IMG/VR virus record: IMGVR_UViG_3300028610_000244
Location: 1-64,000 of that record
Direction: 5' to 3' (one strand)
DNA: 64,000 nucleotides
Origin: a virus
Position numbers and translations under genes: made by a program. A model generated the notes under the pieces. The model was not told the origin of the DNA and ran no database searches. It saw only the letters and a list, made by a program, of their open reading frames with translations. Positions 38,727 through 49,263 of this stretch are shown here, one piece after another (the stretch's first letter is position 1; every line of letters starts with the position of its first letter).

Positions 38727-40274
38727 CTATGCGTCCGTAATATAGAAAATGTTGAACGTCACTGGACCCGTGTCTACAAGCGTGGTGAAGTCCTGTGCAT
38801 TGGCATCTTGGTACATAAACATTCGTATATCATTGGCTACGATATTCAGGTCCACTTGCAGGGTATCATCGCCGGAAGCATTGACTCGAATACTAGCTAT
38901 TCCAGCAACCGCATTTCCAGTTAGATCAGAAGCTTTTATATAGAGTACATCACCGCCCGAAGATAGTTGAAAACCACCAGTGGTGTCACCTTTTCCAAGA
39001 TTATCTACTTCTGAAATAATATCACCATTCCAGATGTCTTCTGTTTTGACTTTCAAGGTCGTTGCATTTGTGCCATCCTGTACAATTAGGCGAAGAAATC
39101 TAAGCACTCTACCAGCAGTACCATCCCCAACCAAGTCGGGGGTTATGGTGACATAGTCTCCGTTGTCAGTATAGGTCAGTCCGGCACCTGTACGCAACGC
39201 ACCATCACTACTGGCTGCACCAAGATAGTCCGGTGTCGCACCTGAGTCAACCCCTACTTTCCCCATGAGGGAGTGACTTGAGCCATCAGCGGAAACATGT
39301 GTTGCCGCTGCATCCCAACCCGTCAACTTACCTGTCGGCATCAAACCATTCTGGGCGTTAGTAGCGTCCCGCGTAGCTGCGGTATGCTGTGCCGATGTCA
39401 TGTGATAGTATTCGTCAGTGGTCCCGCCCTGCAATCCTGCCGTGTTGTTGTGTGTAATTGTTGAGCCAAACTGAACCCAGGAGGCTCCGTTCCAGACATA
39501 GTTTCTGTCCTCGTCTTCGACCCAACAGGCTCCGCCTTCGTCACCAAAAGCGGTGTAGGCCACAAACCAAACGCTGCCATCGAATTCAACGATATCGTTG
39601 ACGGCGGCACCGTCCCAGTTGGCATGGGGTCCGCCCCCGGTTGCATCTAACAGGAATCTTTCACCCGTAACTTCTGACGGAGGAACCGCTGTATTATCCA
39701 CGATGTCAATGACACTATTCTGCCAATCAAGCCCAATCAGCAAGCCATCGACATAATCTTTTCTGGTCACATGCGTTCCGTCCGTTGGGGGGTTTGAAGA
39801 AATGATCGTGGCATGTGTCACTGTATCAGCGGTCCCAAGACCTAATTCGGCGGCGGTGACTACATGGGGATTGCCACTCGTCAGTCCTCGGTGTGTAGCG
39901 TTGAGACCGACTATGCTGTGACTCGACCCATCACTTGAGGCATGAGCAGTCCCTGCATCCACGGCCCATGTCGTGCCGTCCCATACGTAGTTTGCGTCTA
40001 CATCTTCGACCCAGCAAGCTCCGCCTTCATCACCTGCTGCGGTGTAGGTGACTGCCCAGGTAGTGCCATTGAATTCAACTACATCGTTGACAGCGGCTCC
40101 ATCCCAGTTGGCATGGACTCCGCCCCCGGTGGGGTCTAACAAGTATCTGTCACCATCAACTTCTGTCGGAGGGGCAGCGGTGTTATCTGCAATCGCCAGA
40201 ACACTATTCTGCCAATCAAGGTCTGACAGTGCCAGACCACCACCAGCTCCGCTTTTAATTCCTGATGCAAACAT
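38727..40274 (-). CDS. tail-fibre-like protein with a duplicated domain
   Basis: Two copies of LDWQNSV..I.DNTA.PP.EV.G.R.LLD.TGGG.HANWDGAAVND.VEF.G..W...DEGGACWVED. Confidence 0.72.
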   Translation of the reverse strand: MFASGIKSGAGGGLALSDLDWQNSVLAIADNTAAPPTEVDGDRYLLDPTGGGVHANWDGAAVNDVVEFNGTTWAVTYTAAGDEGGACWVEDVDANYVWDGTTWAVDAGTAHASSDGSSHSIVGLNATHRGLTSGNPHVVTAAELGLGTADTVTHATIISSNPPTDGTHVTRKDYVDGLLIGLDWQNSVIDIVDNTAVPPSEVTGERFLLDATGGGPHANWDGAAVNDIVEFDGSVWFVAYTAFGDEGGACWVEDEDRNYVWNGASWVQFGSTITHNNTAGLQGGTTDEYYHMTSAQHTAATRDATNAQNGLMPTGKLTGWDAAATHVSADGSSHSLMGKVGVDSGATPDYLGAASSDGALRTGAGLTYTDNGDYVTITPDLVGDGTAGRVLRFLRLIVQDGTNATTLKVKTEDIWNGDIISEVDNLGKGDTTGGFQLSSGGDVLYIKASDLTGNAVAGIASIRVNASGDDTLQVDLNIVANDIRMFMYQDANAQDFTTLVDTGPVTFNIFYITDA

Positions 40275-40283
40275 GTCACTCCC

Positions 40284-40637
40284 TTATGCGTAGGCCACGA
40301 CTAGCTTTTCGCCATCAACAACTACGAGCATTTGTAGCTCGTCCAGATTGTCAACGTTAAATGAAAAGACTTCACCAGCCGCTAACGGCCACGAGTTAGT
40401 GACTGCCGCAACGTCGCCAGTTCTCACCCACACCTTGCCGGTGTTGTCCGGGTGTCCCATGACGAGAAGCTCATTGCAGACGGCATCGCTGCCTTGTACT
40501 TCATCGTTTGCCCCGCTCCCAGTGAAGTGCAGAACATCTTGCATCACTGTACCTTTGCGGCCGTGAATTTCGCGGCCCTTGCTCGTTGCTTTTCCGAGGT
40601 ATCCGATTATTGATGCTGCTGTGTCGCCTAGTGCCAT
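40284..40637 (-). CDS. putative virion protein (GYLGKA family)
   Basis: IIGYLGKATSKGREI; beta-rich. Confidence 0.6.
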   Translation of the reverse strand: MALGDTAASIIGYLGKATSKGREIHGRKGTVMQDVLHFTGSGANDEVQGSDAVCNELLVMGHPDNTGKVWVRTGDVAAVTNSWPLAAGEVFSFNVDNLDELQMLVVVDGEKLVVAYA

Positions 40638-40650
40638 TTTGTTCTCCTTG

Positions 40651-41496
40651 TTAGTCTGTTACCACATGTCCCTGTGCCATCATTCTGAAAGATTCCAATC
40701 CGCTGAGATTATCTTGGATCAATACTTCGAGCATTTCACCACCCATAAGCCGTAGCGTCACGCCATGCTTTGATGGACCCGCGTATGTATTTCTGAATCT
40801 GTATCCGAAAGAGCCCGCAGGTGCTTTATCCGTGTAGGCGGCGTCAAAACATAAGAGGCCGATGTCACCGTTGCTCTTGATATTCCACACGTTATCAATT
40901 ACTTCATTGTTTACCCGAAGGACTACGCCGTTGGTTAATGCGGCGAGGTTGCCGAACAAAGCATCATCCATCGCGGAACCACTCTGAATATATCCTGTGA
41001 TCCTTGTAATATCTACTTCAAGATCGCGGGGGACACCAACAGGACCAATCTGGAATATTTCAGTCGTGACAGAACCGTTCACAGCCAGTTCATCGGTTGC
41101 AGTGATAACCGCCGAGAGTGCGGTCGTGAATTTTTTATCAATAGGCGTGTCCAATGTCACTACCTGTCCAGCCGGAGCCCCGATCTGTTTGCCAAAATAG
41201 AAAAACCCTTCACCAGAAAAGATGCCGACCACGTTGCCGGCGTCAAAGCCGGTCGTGTCTGCGATAGTGATTGTCATGTCTTCCAGTGCAGTTTCTACCG
41301 TAAGTGTGGTAGGGACTCCTGCCGCCTGGATGAAGTCAAGGTCCAGTGCCCGCGTGTGCTGATCCTGGACGTTGACCGGAATGCCACCGTTGTCCTCACC
41401 TGGAACCCAAAGCTCACGGCCCCATTGAGTAGCTTTACCCAGGTAGCCCATTAACCGGGCTGCACCTACCTCTTCACCATATTGCTCATGTGCCAT
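40651..41496 (-). CDS. putative virion protein (GYLGKA family)
   Basis: LMGYLGKATQWGREL; beta-rich. Confidence 0.6.
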   Translation of the reverse strand: MAHEQYGEEVGAARLMGYLGKATQWGRELWVPGEDNGGIPVNVQDQHTRALDLDFIQAAGVPTTLTVETALEDMTITIADTTGFDAGNVVGIFSGEGFFYFGKQIGAPAGQVVTLDTPIDKKFTTALSAVITATDELAVNGSVTTEIFQIGPVGVPRDLEVDITRITGYIQSGSAMDDALFGNLAALTNGVVLRVNNEVIDNVWNIKSNGDIGLLCFDAAYTDKAPAGSFGYRFRNTYAGPSKHGVTLRLMGGEMLEVLIQDNLSGLESFRMMAQGHVVTD

Positions 41497-41526
41497 TTAG
41501 TATAGTTCCTTTAGCATTATAGGACC

Positions 41527-41555
41527 ATACTACCATAAATGCAGGCTAAATGCAA
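41527..41555 (-). promoter_or_regulatory. probable promoter
   Basis: TTGCAT-17nt-TAGTAT with TG extension; TGGTAG.ATGGTC shared with 46448. Confidence 0.5.
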
Positions 41556-41557
41556 GC

Positions 41558-41893
41558 TTATTCTGTCTCCAATCCGGTAGGTTTATCCTCGATCATCGCC
41601 AACGCCTGCCCGTGCATCAGCGGAAGAAATCCAGGCTGCTTGCCCTCAATGGCCTTCTTGATCTGATTCAGCTCATCCAGGGTCAGCTCGACCTCGTCCT
41701 CGGCCTTGGAGAGCTTCACAGATAGCTCGAACCGCTGCTTCTTATACTCTGAGGCTTCTGGGGCCTCATCACCCGCCACCTGCCCGAGTAGCGTATCCAG
41801 GAGCACGGTCTTGAGAGTCAGTGGACCCTTATCCTTCACCACCATGTCTACGCGGTCAAGTCCTTTGAATGCTTGTGTCAGGTTCAATTTCAT
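41558..41893 (-). CDS. fibre-associated small protein (chaperone-like)
   Basis: Directly follows the 1266-aa fibre gene; AAGGAG RBS. Confidence 0.6.
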   Translation of the reverse strand: MKLNLTQAFKGLDRVDMVVKDKGPLTLKTVLLDTLLGQVAGDEAPEASEYKKQRFELSVKLSKAEDEVELTLDELNQIKKAIEGKQPGFLPLMHGQALAMIEDKPTGLETE

Positions 41894-41912
41894 TTCAGTT
41901 CTCCTTGCTTGA

Positions 41913-44900
41913 TTATTTTGTCACCCATGCACCGGCTTCGTAGAAATTGAAGACGGCTGTTGTCGTGTTATAAATCACCATGCCATTGACCGCAGTCAAG
42001 GCGTTACGCTGTGTCGTAGTCATCTGTGCTGTTTCAAGAGCACCGCTCAACTTGGTACTACCGGCAGCACGACATCGAAGAATTTCTTTTATTCCCGAAG
42101 CGACAGTTTGGACCTGAATCACGAAATCAAAATCAAGATTACCTGATGTCGAATTCGCCTTATGGGCTCCGATCTCAGCACACAATACCGGAACGTCAGC
42201 GGCGTCAGTGTGATGCCCAGTGAATCCCATACCGCCACCTGAGCCTAGTTCCTGTGGTGTTGAGTCGTGAAAATTTGCTTGCATGTTGTCGGCGGACACG
42301 ACTTCGAGCGGCAACGTGTATGTAGCAGTTGCTTGAGTTGGGTCGCCTATCACGAGTTGTTCTGTGTGAATCCTACCCTCAACTCTGATTCCCATATCAA
42401 ATTCCAGGATACCATCAACGCCAACGTCGTTGTCGGTGACATACATCTTTGTACCGTCAGGACTGAATGTTATCGAGTTCGGCACGGTTGCAATCGTTGT
42501 CAGGTCCAGCGATCTTGAAAGTATGCCGGTTGTTATGTCCCATGCCGTTGACAGATCGTACTCGTGAATGTCATCTTCCGCCGAGCCATCCACTACATAC
42601 AAACGCCGGCCATCTGGGCTAAATGAGAAGCCCTCAATGTTGTCCATAGAGGCGTCGAACTTCGTCGTGTATGTTGCGGTAGTGACATCCCAGGCCGTAG
42701 TCAGTGTCCAGAGCTGGACTTCATTTAGTGTCCCATCACTGATGAACATCTTGAGACCATCGGGCTTGAAGCGGATACCTATCGGAGTCGTAGAGCTGGT
42801 AGATACGTCCTTTAGGTTCGTCGCGGATGCCGTCGATAACGTCCAAGCAGTTGAGAGCGTATACATGTTGACTTCATCACCGGCAGAACCGACAATGTAC
42901 ATCTTGGTTCCATCAAGGTTGAAGCAGACACCCATCGGATTGGCTTCCTCGGTGGTCGTGCTCATCGTAGATGTCCAGGTCATTGAGGACACATCCCACG
43001 GAGTTGAGAGAGCAAACTCATTGATCTCATCATCCACATTACAGACGATGAAGACCTTCTTGCCATCAGGGCTAAACGCCGAATCGTGCGGCCCAGTGCC
43101 CCAGGTGGCTAACGCAAACGTCTGCTTATATATTGCTGTCGTGGTGTTCCATAAATTATGATGACTGCCCTGAGTCTCACCATTAGTGTAGGTGGTGACA
43201 CCGTCGTTGATAAGCCCAGTGATCTCGACGTCTTGGAGTAGCTGGATGCCGTCAGTGCTGAATCGAGCCAGTACAGTTGTTTGCTGGTTGATTTCAGTCT
43301 CATTATAGCTCTGGACAGTGAGAGGCCCGCTCTGTTCTTTCTTGATGAAGTTGCTTGTGCCACCGACAAAGACGAACGCTGTTTCTCCAGGTGAATCAAA
43401 TCCACTTGGACCCTCTACGAGTATATTGTTACGAATATATGTGTAGCCGTCACTGTCTATGGAGGCAACCGTGACATCAGCACTGTCTTTGACATAAACT
43501 TTCTTGGCTCCGGCAGCATCACCAACCCGGAGAACCACATCCTCTGTAACCGACCTAATCCCCATCTCTGTCTGGCCCTGCATGTAGAGACCACCGACAG
43601 GGCTCCCATGAATGTAGGCTCGTCTGGCGGCGTTGATAAAGAGCCGGATATAGTCGTCGCCTTCGTCGGCCTTACGATAGATATAGAGCTTTTTGCCATC
43701 ACTAACATCACTAACATCGGTGTCACCGAAGCAAACAATGTCACCAGTGACATCAGGTTGGACCTTTAGGTCTCCTGTACTCCATATCTCAGGAGCCCTT
43801 ACTCCGCCAACCACTTTCAGCCAACCACCATACTCAAACCGAGCCACCTCTGTGCCGCTGTAGCCCATAGAGTAGATGGTCGTTACATCATTGCTGGCAA
43901 TCCGCAACTCATCACCGGCCTCGACCCCGATTGCGAAAGTAGTCAAATACATATTGAGCTTTGGTCCGGTCTCGTTGGGGAACTGAACCAAGTTCGGCTT
44001 GACAGTGCCAACGACCGTGAGAACGCCACCCGCATACGTGAAGTTATTACTGCCCACTAAGCCCGCACCCACCGAATTTCCGTAAGCGACTTGGCCTACA
44101 GTGAATCCCTGCAAGTCTGCACCGAAGTAAGAATGGTCAGTGACTTGTGCCGTCGTGATCGTGATGCCCGTACTCTTATCCCATGCAGTGAAAACAGGAT
44201 CGGTTTCGACCAACAGATAAGCCTGCAAGTCGGTGATCTGTGCCTCAGTGATTGTGATACCTGTACTCCGGTCCCAAGCCATGAAGACAGGATCGGTCTC
44301 ATCGCCGGTAACGAAATGATTCAGGTCTGTGATCTGCGACTCGGTGATCGTGATACCAGTCGATCTATCCCAAGCCATGAAGACAGGATCGGTTTCATCG
44401 GCGGTGACGAAATGATCGAGGTCGCTGATCTGTGACTCGGTAATTACGATGCCGGTGCTTTTGTCCCAGGCCGAGAAGACAGGATCGGTTTCTGTCACCA
44501 ATACATCTTGTCCGCCAGACTGCAAGCCAAAGGGTGCATTGACCACCCCGGCTGGAGATATGAAGAGTCGATAAGAACTGGTGTCAGCGATTGAAAAACC
44601 ACCTGCGGGAGTAGGTGTCCCGGTGGCCCCTGCTCTCAAGAACCATCGGTCCCCACCTGGAGCCGTGTTATTGATTTCAATACATGCGTTTTGCCCGCCA
44701 ACGGACTCGGAGCCCTTCACAACGAGTCTATTATTTATCACCGGGATAGTAGCTGTGCCCGTGACCACCAAGTCACCAATCGCTACGTCGTCGCCGGTGA
44801 CAGTAGGTGACACCGTTGTTCCGACTCGCTTCCAGTGCTCACCATGCAGAACATTAGCACCGAACTCTTCCCACTTGTCGGCGTTTGCCGCGAATGTCCC

Positions 44901-45713
44901 TGTCTGTGCTCCGGTGACATTGCAAACGTAGATCATCCTATTGTCTATAAAGTATTCGCCCTGAGTCCAAGTTGCTCCGTCAACCCACTCTTGGGTCTGG
45001 AGAAGATTGTCCTCGGTTAGCGAAGAGATATCAATTTTGTAATACGGAAACGTTACCGCCGCATTTGTTTTTAGTGAGAATGTGTTGTCGCTGCTAAACC
45101 TGGAGAAGACGGTGGTCCCTTCTTCGTACTCCATGTGCCCGTCCAGGATCAGGGCCGCATCTGAGAGAGCTGCGAACACATCCGTTGGATAGCTTTGATC
45201 GAAGAGTAAAAGTCCGGTGTCGTCGGCTCCCAACCATATCTGGAACCTAACAGGGCTCGAAGCCGCAACAGCTCCTGTCTTCATGGTGAGCTTCTGGAGC
45301 AACGTGTGTGCAGTCACCGGATTAGAGTATTCGTAAACGGTGCCCGACCACTCACCGGATTGATCCGGTTGGGCTTCTAAATCCGCCTGGAATGAAAACG
45401 CCCGCATGATCTTGGCGTCAGTGACACTTGCTTCTCCATCGAACATGCTGTGGCCCAGGAAGTGAAGCGTGCCATCGGCTCGCTCTGTGGCGACATGGTT
45501 TCCGATAGCAGCAACACCGACACTTTTCCCAAGCCATAACGACCTGGGGCCTGTTTCAAAATCGGCCGGTTGCCAGACACCATTGATCCTGCTCTGAATT
45601 TCGGTGTAGCCGGTGTCACTGTCTACAGTGAATCGCAGACTATTGTCCAGGTCTTCACGACCTGCTAGGTAGATTGTTTCTTTATCATTTTCTATTGCAG
45701 GAGTATACGACAT
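41913..45713 (-). CDS. long tail-fibre/adhesin with internal repeats and a beta-propeller
   Basis: Thr/Gly/Ser-rich; 4x ETDPVF.AWD(K/R)STGI.IT..Q..D; repeated F.PDG.K...LSTAWD blades; MTTTQRNAL..VNGMVIYNTT C-terminus. Confidence 0.75.
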   Translation of the reverse strand: MSYTPAIENDKETIYLAGREDLDNSLRFTVDSDTGYTEIQSRINGVWQPADFETGPRSLWLGKSVGVAAIGNHVATERADGTLHFLGHSMFDGEASVTDAKIMRAFSFQADLEAQPDQSGEWSGTVYEYSNPVTAHTLLQKLTMKTGAVAASSPVRFQIWLGADDTGLLLFDQSYPTDVFAALSDAALILDGHMEYEEGTTVFSRFSSDNTFSLKTNAAVTFPYYKIDISSLTEDNLLQTQEWVDGATWTQGEYFIDNRMIYVCNVTGAQTGTFAANADKWEEFGANVLHGEHWKRVGTTVSPTVTGDDVAIGDLVVTGTATIPVINNRLVVKGSESVGGQNACIEINNTAPGGDRWFLRAGATGTPTPAGGFSIADTSSYRLFISPAGVVNAPFGLQSGGQDVLVTETDPVFSAWDKSTGIVITESQISDLDHFVTADETDPVFMAWDRSTGITITESQITDLNHFVTGDETDPVFMAWDRSTGITITEAQITDLQAYLLVETDPVFTAWDKSTGITITTAQVTDHSYFGADLQGFTVGQVAYGNSVGAGLVGSNNFTYAGGVLTVVGTVKPNLVQFPNETGPKLNMYLTTFAIGVEAGDELRIASNDVTTIYSMGYSGTEVARFEYGGWLKVVGGVRAPEIWSTGDLKVQPDVTGDIVCFGDTDVSDVSDGKKLYIYRKADEGDDYIRLFINAARRAYIHGSPVGGLYMQGQTEMGIRSVTEDVVLRVGDAAGAKKVYVKDSADVTVASIDSDGYTYIRNNILVEGPSGFDSPGETAFVFVGGTSNFIKKEQSGPLTVQSYNETEINQQTTVLARFSTDGIQLLQDVEITGLINDGVTTYTNGETQGSHHNLWNTTTAIYKQTFALATWGTGPHDSAFSPDGKKVFIVCNVDDEINEFALSTPWDVSSMTWTSTMSTTTEEANPMGVCFNLDGTKMYIVGSAGDEVNMYTLSTAWTLSTASATNLKDVSTSSTTPIGIRFKPDGLKMFISDGTLNEVQLWTLTTAWDVTTATYTTKFDASMDNIEGFSFSPDGRRLYVVDGSAEDDIHEYDLSTAWDITTGILSRSLDLTTIATVPNSITFSPDGTKMYVTDNDVGVDGILEFDMGIRVEGRIHTEQLVIGDPTQATATYTLPLEVVSADNMQANFHDSTPQELGSGGGMGFTGHHTDAADVPVLCAEIGAHKANSTSGNLDFDFVIQVQTVASGIKEILRCRAAGSTKLSGALETAQMTTTQRNALTAVNGMVIYNTTTAVFNFYEAGAWVTK
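44140..44495 (-). repeat. four tandem coding repeats of about 31 aa
   Basis: ETDPVF(S/M/T)AWD(K/R)STGI unit repeated at about 90-95 nt intervals. Confidence 0.85.
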
Positions 45714-46037
45714 TTATATTACCCACCAATTAAGTCCATCTGATCGGATTGTTTTTGATTCATATAGGCCAAGTACGATGAGGGCCGCTGAGCCGTCAAC
45801 GGTGTCAGGAACCGTTGCGATGAAGCCACACTGGTAGGTTGCGTCGATACACTTAATAGTGAAGGTTTGTTTCTTACAGTACACCACTGGAGGCAATGTC
45901 GCCGTTACAGTATTGCTCAATCCATTAAGCAAGATAAGTGATCTTGAACCTGTTGGTCCCTCAAGGATGTCACCGTCATTGATGAATGTTGCTACTCTAT
46001 CGAGCCCAATGTTGGATGGTTTGTACTCAAGAACCAT
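45714..46037 (-). CDS. fibre-associated beta domain protein
   Basis: TVTATLP...FTIK..D...TVDG...SDGLNWWV. Confidence 0.6.
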   Translation of the reverse strand: MVLEYKPSNIGLDRVATFINDGDILEGPTGSRSLILLNGLSNTVTATLPPVVYCKKQTFTIKCIDATYQCGFIATVPDTVDGSAALIVLGLYESKTIRSDGLNWWVI

Positions 46038-46414
46038 TAGACTATCTCAGCCTCAGACATCGGTCCATCGGCGGGAACCTTTATAATGTGGATCGTGTCG
46101 CCGGTCGTGATAAACTTGAGATGAATGTCAGAGAATCTGATCCCACCGAGCCGCACAGAATCTTTGGCGTTGAGTGGTATGAAGTTCGCAGCACCTACTA
46201 CGTTGTATAGACTGAATTGAATAACATCAACGTTATCCGGTCCCGCTATAACAAGCACCTCAGCCAGCTCGCCATCATCAGTGCCTTGCCAGACCTCAGC
46301 ATCGCCGGTAGATGTGTGGACCGTGAACGGATCAGGAGCCACTATGCGAGTAATGACTTCTCGCCCAGTAGGGCACGCCTTACCTAAATAACCTGCTAAA
46401 TTTTCACTGGTCAT
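46037..46414 (-). CDS. putative virion protein (GYLGKA family)
   Basis: LAGYLGKACPTGREV; resembles 40284-40637. Confidence 0.6.
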   Translation of the reverse strand: MTSENLAGYLGKACPTGREVITRIVAPDPFTVHTSTGDAEVWQGTDDGELAEVLVIAGPDNVDVIQFSLYNVVGAANFIPLNAKDSVRLGGIRFSDIHLKFITTGDTIHIIKVPADGPMSEAEIV

Positions 46415-46447
46415 AGTGTTTCCTTCCGCGAAACTTAACCTATGACC

Positions 46448-46476
46448 ATGCTACCACAAACTGAACGTCTTGTCAA
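46448..46476 (-). promoter_or_regulatory. probable promoter of the fibre operon
   Basis: TTGACA-17nt-TAGCAT with TG extension. Confidence 0.55.
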
Positions 46477-47261
46477 GCATTTTTTCTGGAGTCTGTTACT
46501 CGACTTTCAACCAATTTAATAACTATGACCGTGTGATCTGAGAACTTGGAGTTGACCAACCCCGCTTTCCTGGCCGTCTTCCACGCTTTCTCGATCCCTT
46601 GTGGTGAATTGTAGAGCCACGAACCGCCCTCGCATACTTGCCAGAGTCGGCCCGTGGTCCCGTGTCTTAACGCATATTGTTTGTCAGTTGGTAGGTCGCT
46701 CATCTATGACATCACTGCGAAGCAGATGTAAGCACCAAGAGCCAGTGCAGTGAACACCGAGCCAATCCACACATTGAATGTGATCGCGTGGCCGGTGTGG
46801 ATGTCACTCCGGGTCTTGAGAGCCCGACTAATTTCTTTGTAGCATGGATCGCAAAGATCACCGAGCTTGAAGTCACAGGTGCTTCCTCTGTGACCTTTGA
46901 TCTCGTTGCTTCCATCGGTGTGTTCCTTCCCACACCACTCGCACTTGTATGTAATCGTATAGGTCATGTCACTCTCTTCCCATAGATTCTAAATCCGCCG
47001 ACAGATCATGGAAGCAGTTCATTGCTTTCTCCCTGTCTGCAAACTCTTCACTCATTTGAGCCAGCTTGTTCTCGTGCTCCACATACCCTTTCGGGTCTGT
47101 CTCAACTATAACGACTTGTACCCTGAACGCCATGTCACTCACCGTCCTCTCGGCACCATGTCCGACTCTTCTCTTTCTTCTTGTCCTCATGGACCCTCGT
47201 CCCTGGCGGCATCTGCCTACGCGGAAGTCGCGGTTTCAATTTCTTCTTAGCCGCCATGTCA

Positions 47262-48461
47262 CTACCTCCGCCTTCTTGACTTTGCTTTGATTGAGAGGAC
47301 CGGCGTCAAGCTGTACTCGACGTTGCAGAGATCAGCCTGATTACGCATGACATCTTCGATATCCTTATAGGCTCCAGGTGCCTCATCCAAATCTGTTTTG
47401 GATGTTAGGTCATGCAAGACACCGAGATCATCAAGTAGCCGCCTCTGGGCTTCCAGGTCCAGCGTCTTCTTGGCGGCAGTGCGTGACATCGGTCGGCCGG
47501 CACCGTGGGATGTGGATAAGAACGACATCTTCTCGCCAGTGTGCGAGACAATGAACGACCTCGTGCCCATGCTTCCAGGGATGATTCCTCTGGCGTCACC
47601 GAAGTAAGGACCAGCAGCACCCTTGCGATGCACGAGCACATTCCGGCCGAGGTGGTTCTCCATCTTTGCGTGGTTGTGACATATATCAACGTGGCTAGTG
47701 ACACAGGTGCCGGGCCAGATCGCTCGGAACGCTTTCAAAATATTCAGCATCATCTTCGCTCTGCTCTTCTTGGCGAAGTCGATGCAGTAAGCCATCTCCC
47801 GCATGTACTCATCATAGCCCTTATGGCCGCGACGAAAGAACGCCAAATCACTGTCAGGTGTCACCTGTGAGAAATTCTTTTCATTTTCTTGCTTCGCCCA
47901 ATTATTATAGAAGTCTGCAACTTGTTTACCGAGGTTCCTGGAACCGCTGTGAATCATCACCCAGATGTCACCGTGTTGGTCAACCTGGACTTCGATGAAG
48001 TGATTGCCGCCGCCAAGTGTACCGAGCTGCTTGAGAGCCCGCTCGTATTGCTTGTTGACCACCTGCCCCATCAAATCAAGGTCCGGCATTTCGTGAACAC
48101 CGCACGGCTTGTCGTGCCACTTGTGCCCAACAGGTACGGCCTGCTGGATCAGTGCTCGGAGATTCTCCTGGTGATCTCGCATCGCACCGATTACCATACC
48201 GCCCAACCGGCACGCTATCATCCCGCAGCCGATGTCAACACCTACGGCGTTTGGGACCACGACATCCTGGGTCGCCAAGATACCACCGATGGGCATACCA
48301 TAACCGACGTGCATGTCAGGCATAGCTGCAAGGTGATGGACTGCGAACGGCAGACGTCTCAGGTTTCTGAGCTGCTTCCAGCAGTCTTCACTCAGCGACT
48401 TTGGGTTCACCCAGAACTTCACAGGCAGGTGCCCGTCCTCAAGGTTCCATTCAGCTTTCAT
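47262..48461 (-). CDS. rtcB: RtcB RNA ligase
   Basis: MPDMHVGYGMPIG, VGVDIGCG, LGTLGGGNHFIE, HSGSR, HNH, HRKGA, PGSMG, SHGAGR, DEAP.AYK. Confidence 0.95.
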   Translation of the reverse strand: MKAEWNLEDGHLPVKFWVNPKSLSEDCWKQLRNLRRLPFAVHHLAAMPDMHVGYGMPIGGILATQDVVVPNAVGVDIGCGMIACRLGGMVIGAMRDHQENLRALIQQAVPVGHKWHDKPCGVHEMPDLDLMGQVVNKQYERALKQLGTLGGGNHFIEVQVDQHGDIWVMIHSGSRNLGKQVADFYNNWAKQENEKNFSQVTPDSDLAFFRRGHKGYDEYMREMAYCIDFAKKSRAKMMLNILKAFRAIWPGTCVTSHVDICHNHAKMENHLGRNVLVHRKGAAGPYFGDARGIIPGSMGTRSFIVSHTGEKMSFLSTSHGAGRPMSRTAAKKTLDLEAQRRLLDDLGVLHDLTSKTDLDEAPGAYKDIEDVMRNQADLCNVEYSLTPVLSIKAKSRRRR

Positions 48462-49263
48462 TTTGTCCTCCTGGTATTGTGCTTTGGTATCTGCGAACAG
48501 TGCAGTCCGGTTGTCCACAATATTTGCAGCCGTCACCGGCTCCTACACAATTCTTCATCTGACCTGGGGCCTGCAAGACATACCCTTCGCCTCCGCATCT
48601 TGTGCAGTTCGGGTCTGGCTCAGGAAGGATCGACGCCACATCCTCTTTCGGACCCGTGTTGAATTTCGTATCCAGGCAATCACAGTACGGCGGGTCATCC
48701 AGGGCGAGTACACCTTTGGCCCACTCGATGTAATACTCCTGTGCCTCTGGTGACAAGTCTTCCAGTGACTCGCCGGTCAATGATCCCAGCTCAGGATTCA
48801 TGTCCGGGTGTTCCAGGAACAGCTTCCATGCCTTGTCCTTGATCTCGATGCAGTAGCCGTCGTCTTGTCGCTTGATGTTCTTCGTCAGCTTACTTGAGTA
48901 CATGCCGCAAACCATCTCCGGTGTCATGCCCAGAGCTTGAGCGAAGCTGATCCAGAAATGCAGCATGTCAATTATTTCTTTGCGACAAGACTCGATATCT
49001 TTGATCTCGTAACGTCTGCCTTCCTGGGCTTCTTGACACCAGTGCTTCCAGTAGGTGCAGTTTCGCAGCTCTTCCATCTCACTGCTCATTGCCTTAATGA
49101 AGTTGTCGATCCAGACGCCGGCGTCAAGCTTGGCTCCCTGGTAATCTCGGAAATCTGTTTGCTGTCCGGCTACCGAGAACGTCTTGGCAAACCGTGCGGC
49201 GTCAAAACCTATACGCTCATTGAACGTCTCTTGCATCTTAAACAGATCGGCTATTGTGAACAT
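48451..49263 (-). CDS. dimeric (all-alpha) dUTPase with C-terminal zinc finger
   Basis: MQ..FN, E..EL....WKHW, EIIDMLHF, K..KN..RQ..GY. Confidence 0.82.
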   Translation of the reverse strand: MFTIADLFKMQETFNERIGFDAARFAKTFSVAGQQTDFRDYQGAKLDAGVWIDNFIKAMSSEMEELRNCTYWKHWCQEAQEGRRYEIKDIESCRKEIIDMLHFWISFAQALGMTPEMVCGMYSSKLTKNIKRQDDGYCIEIKDKAWKLFLEHPDMNPELGSLTGESLEDLSPEAQEYYIEWAKGVLALDDPPYCDCLDTKFNTGPKEDVASILPEPDPNCTRCGGEGYVLQAPGQMKNCVGAGDGCKYCGQPDCTVRRYQSTIPGGQNES

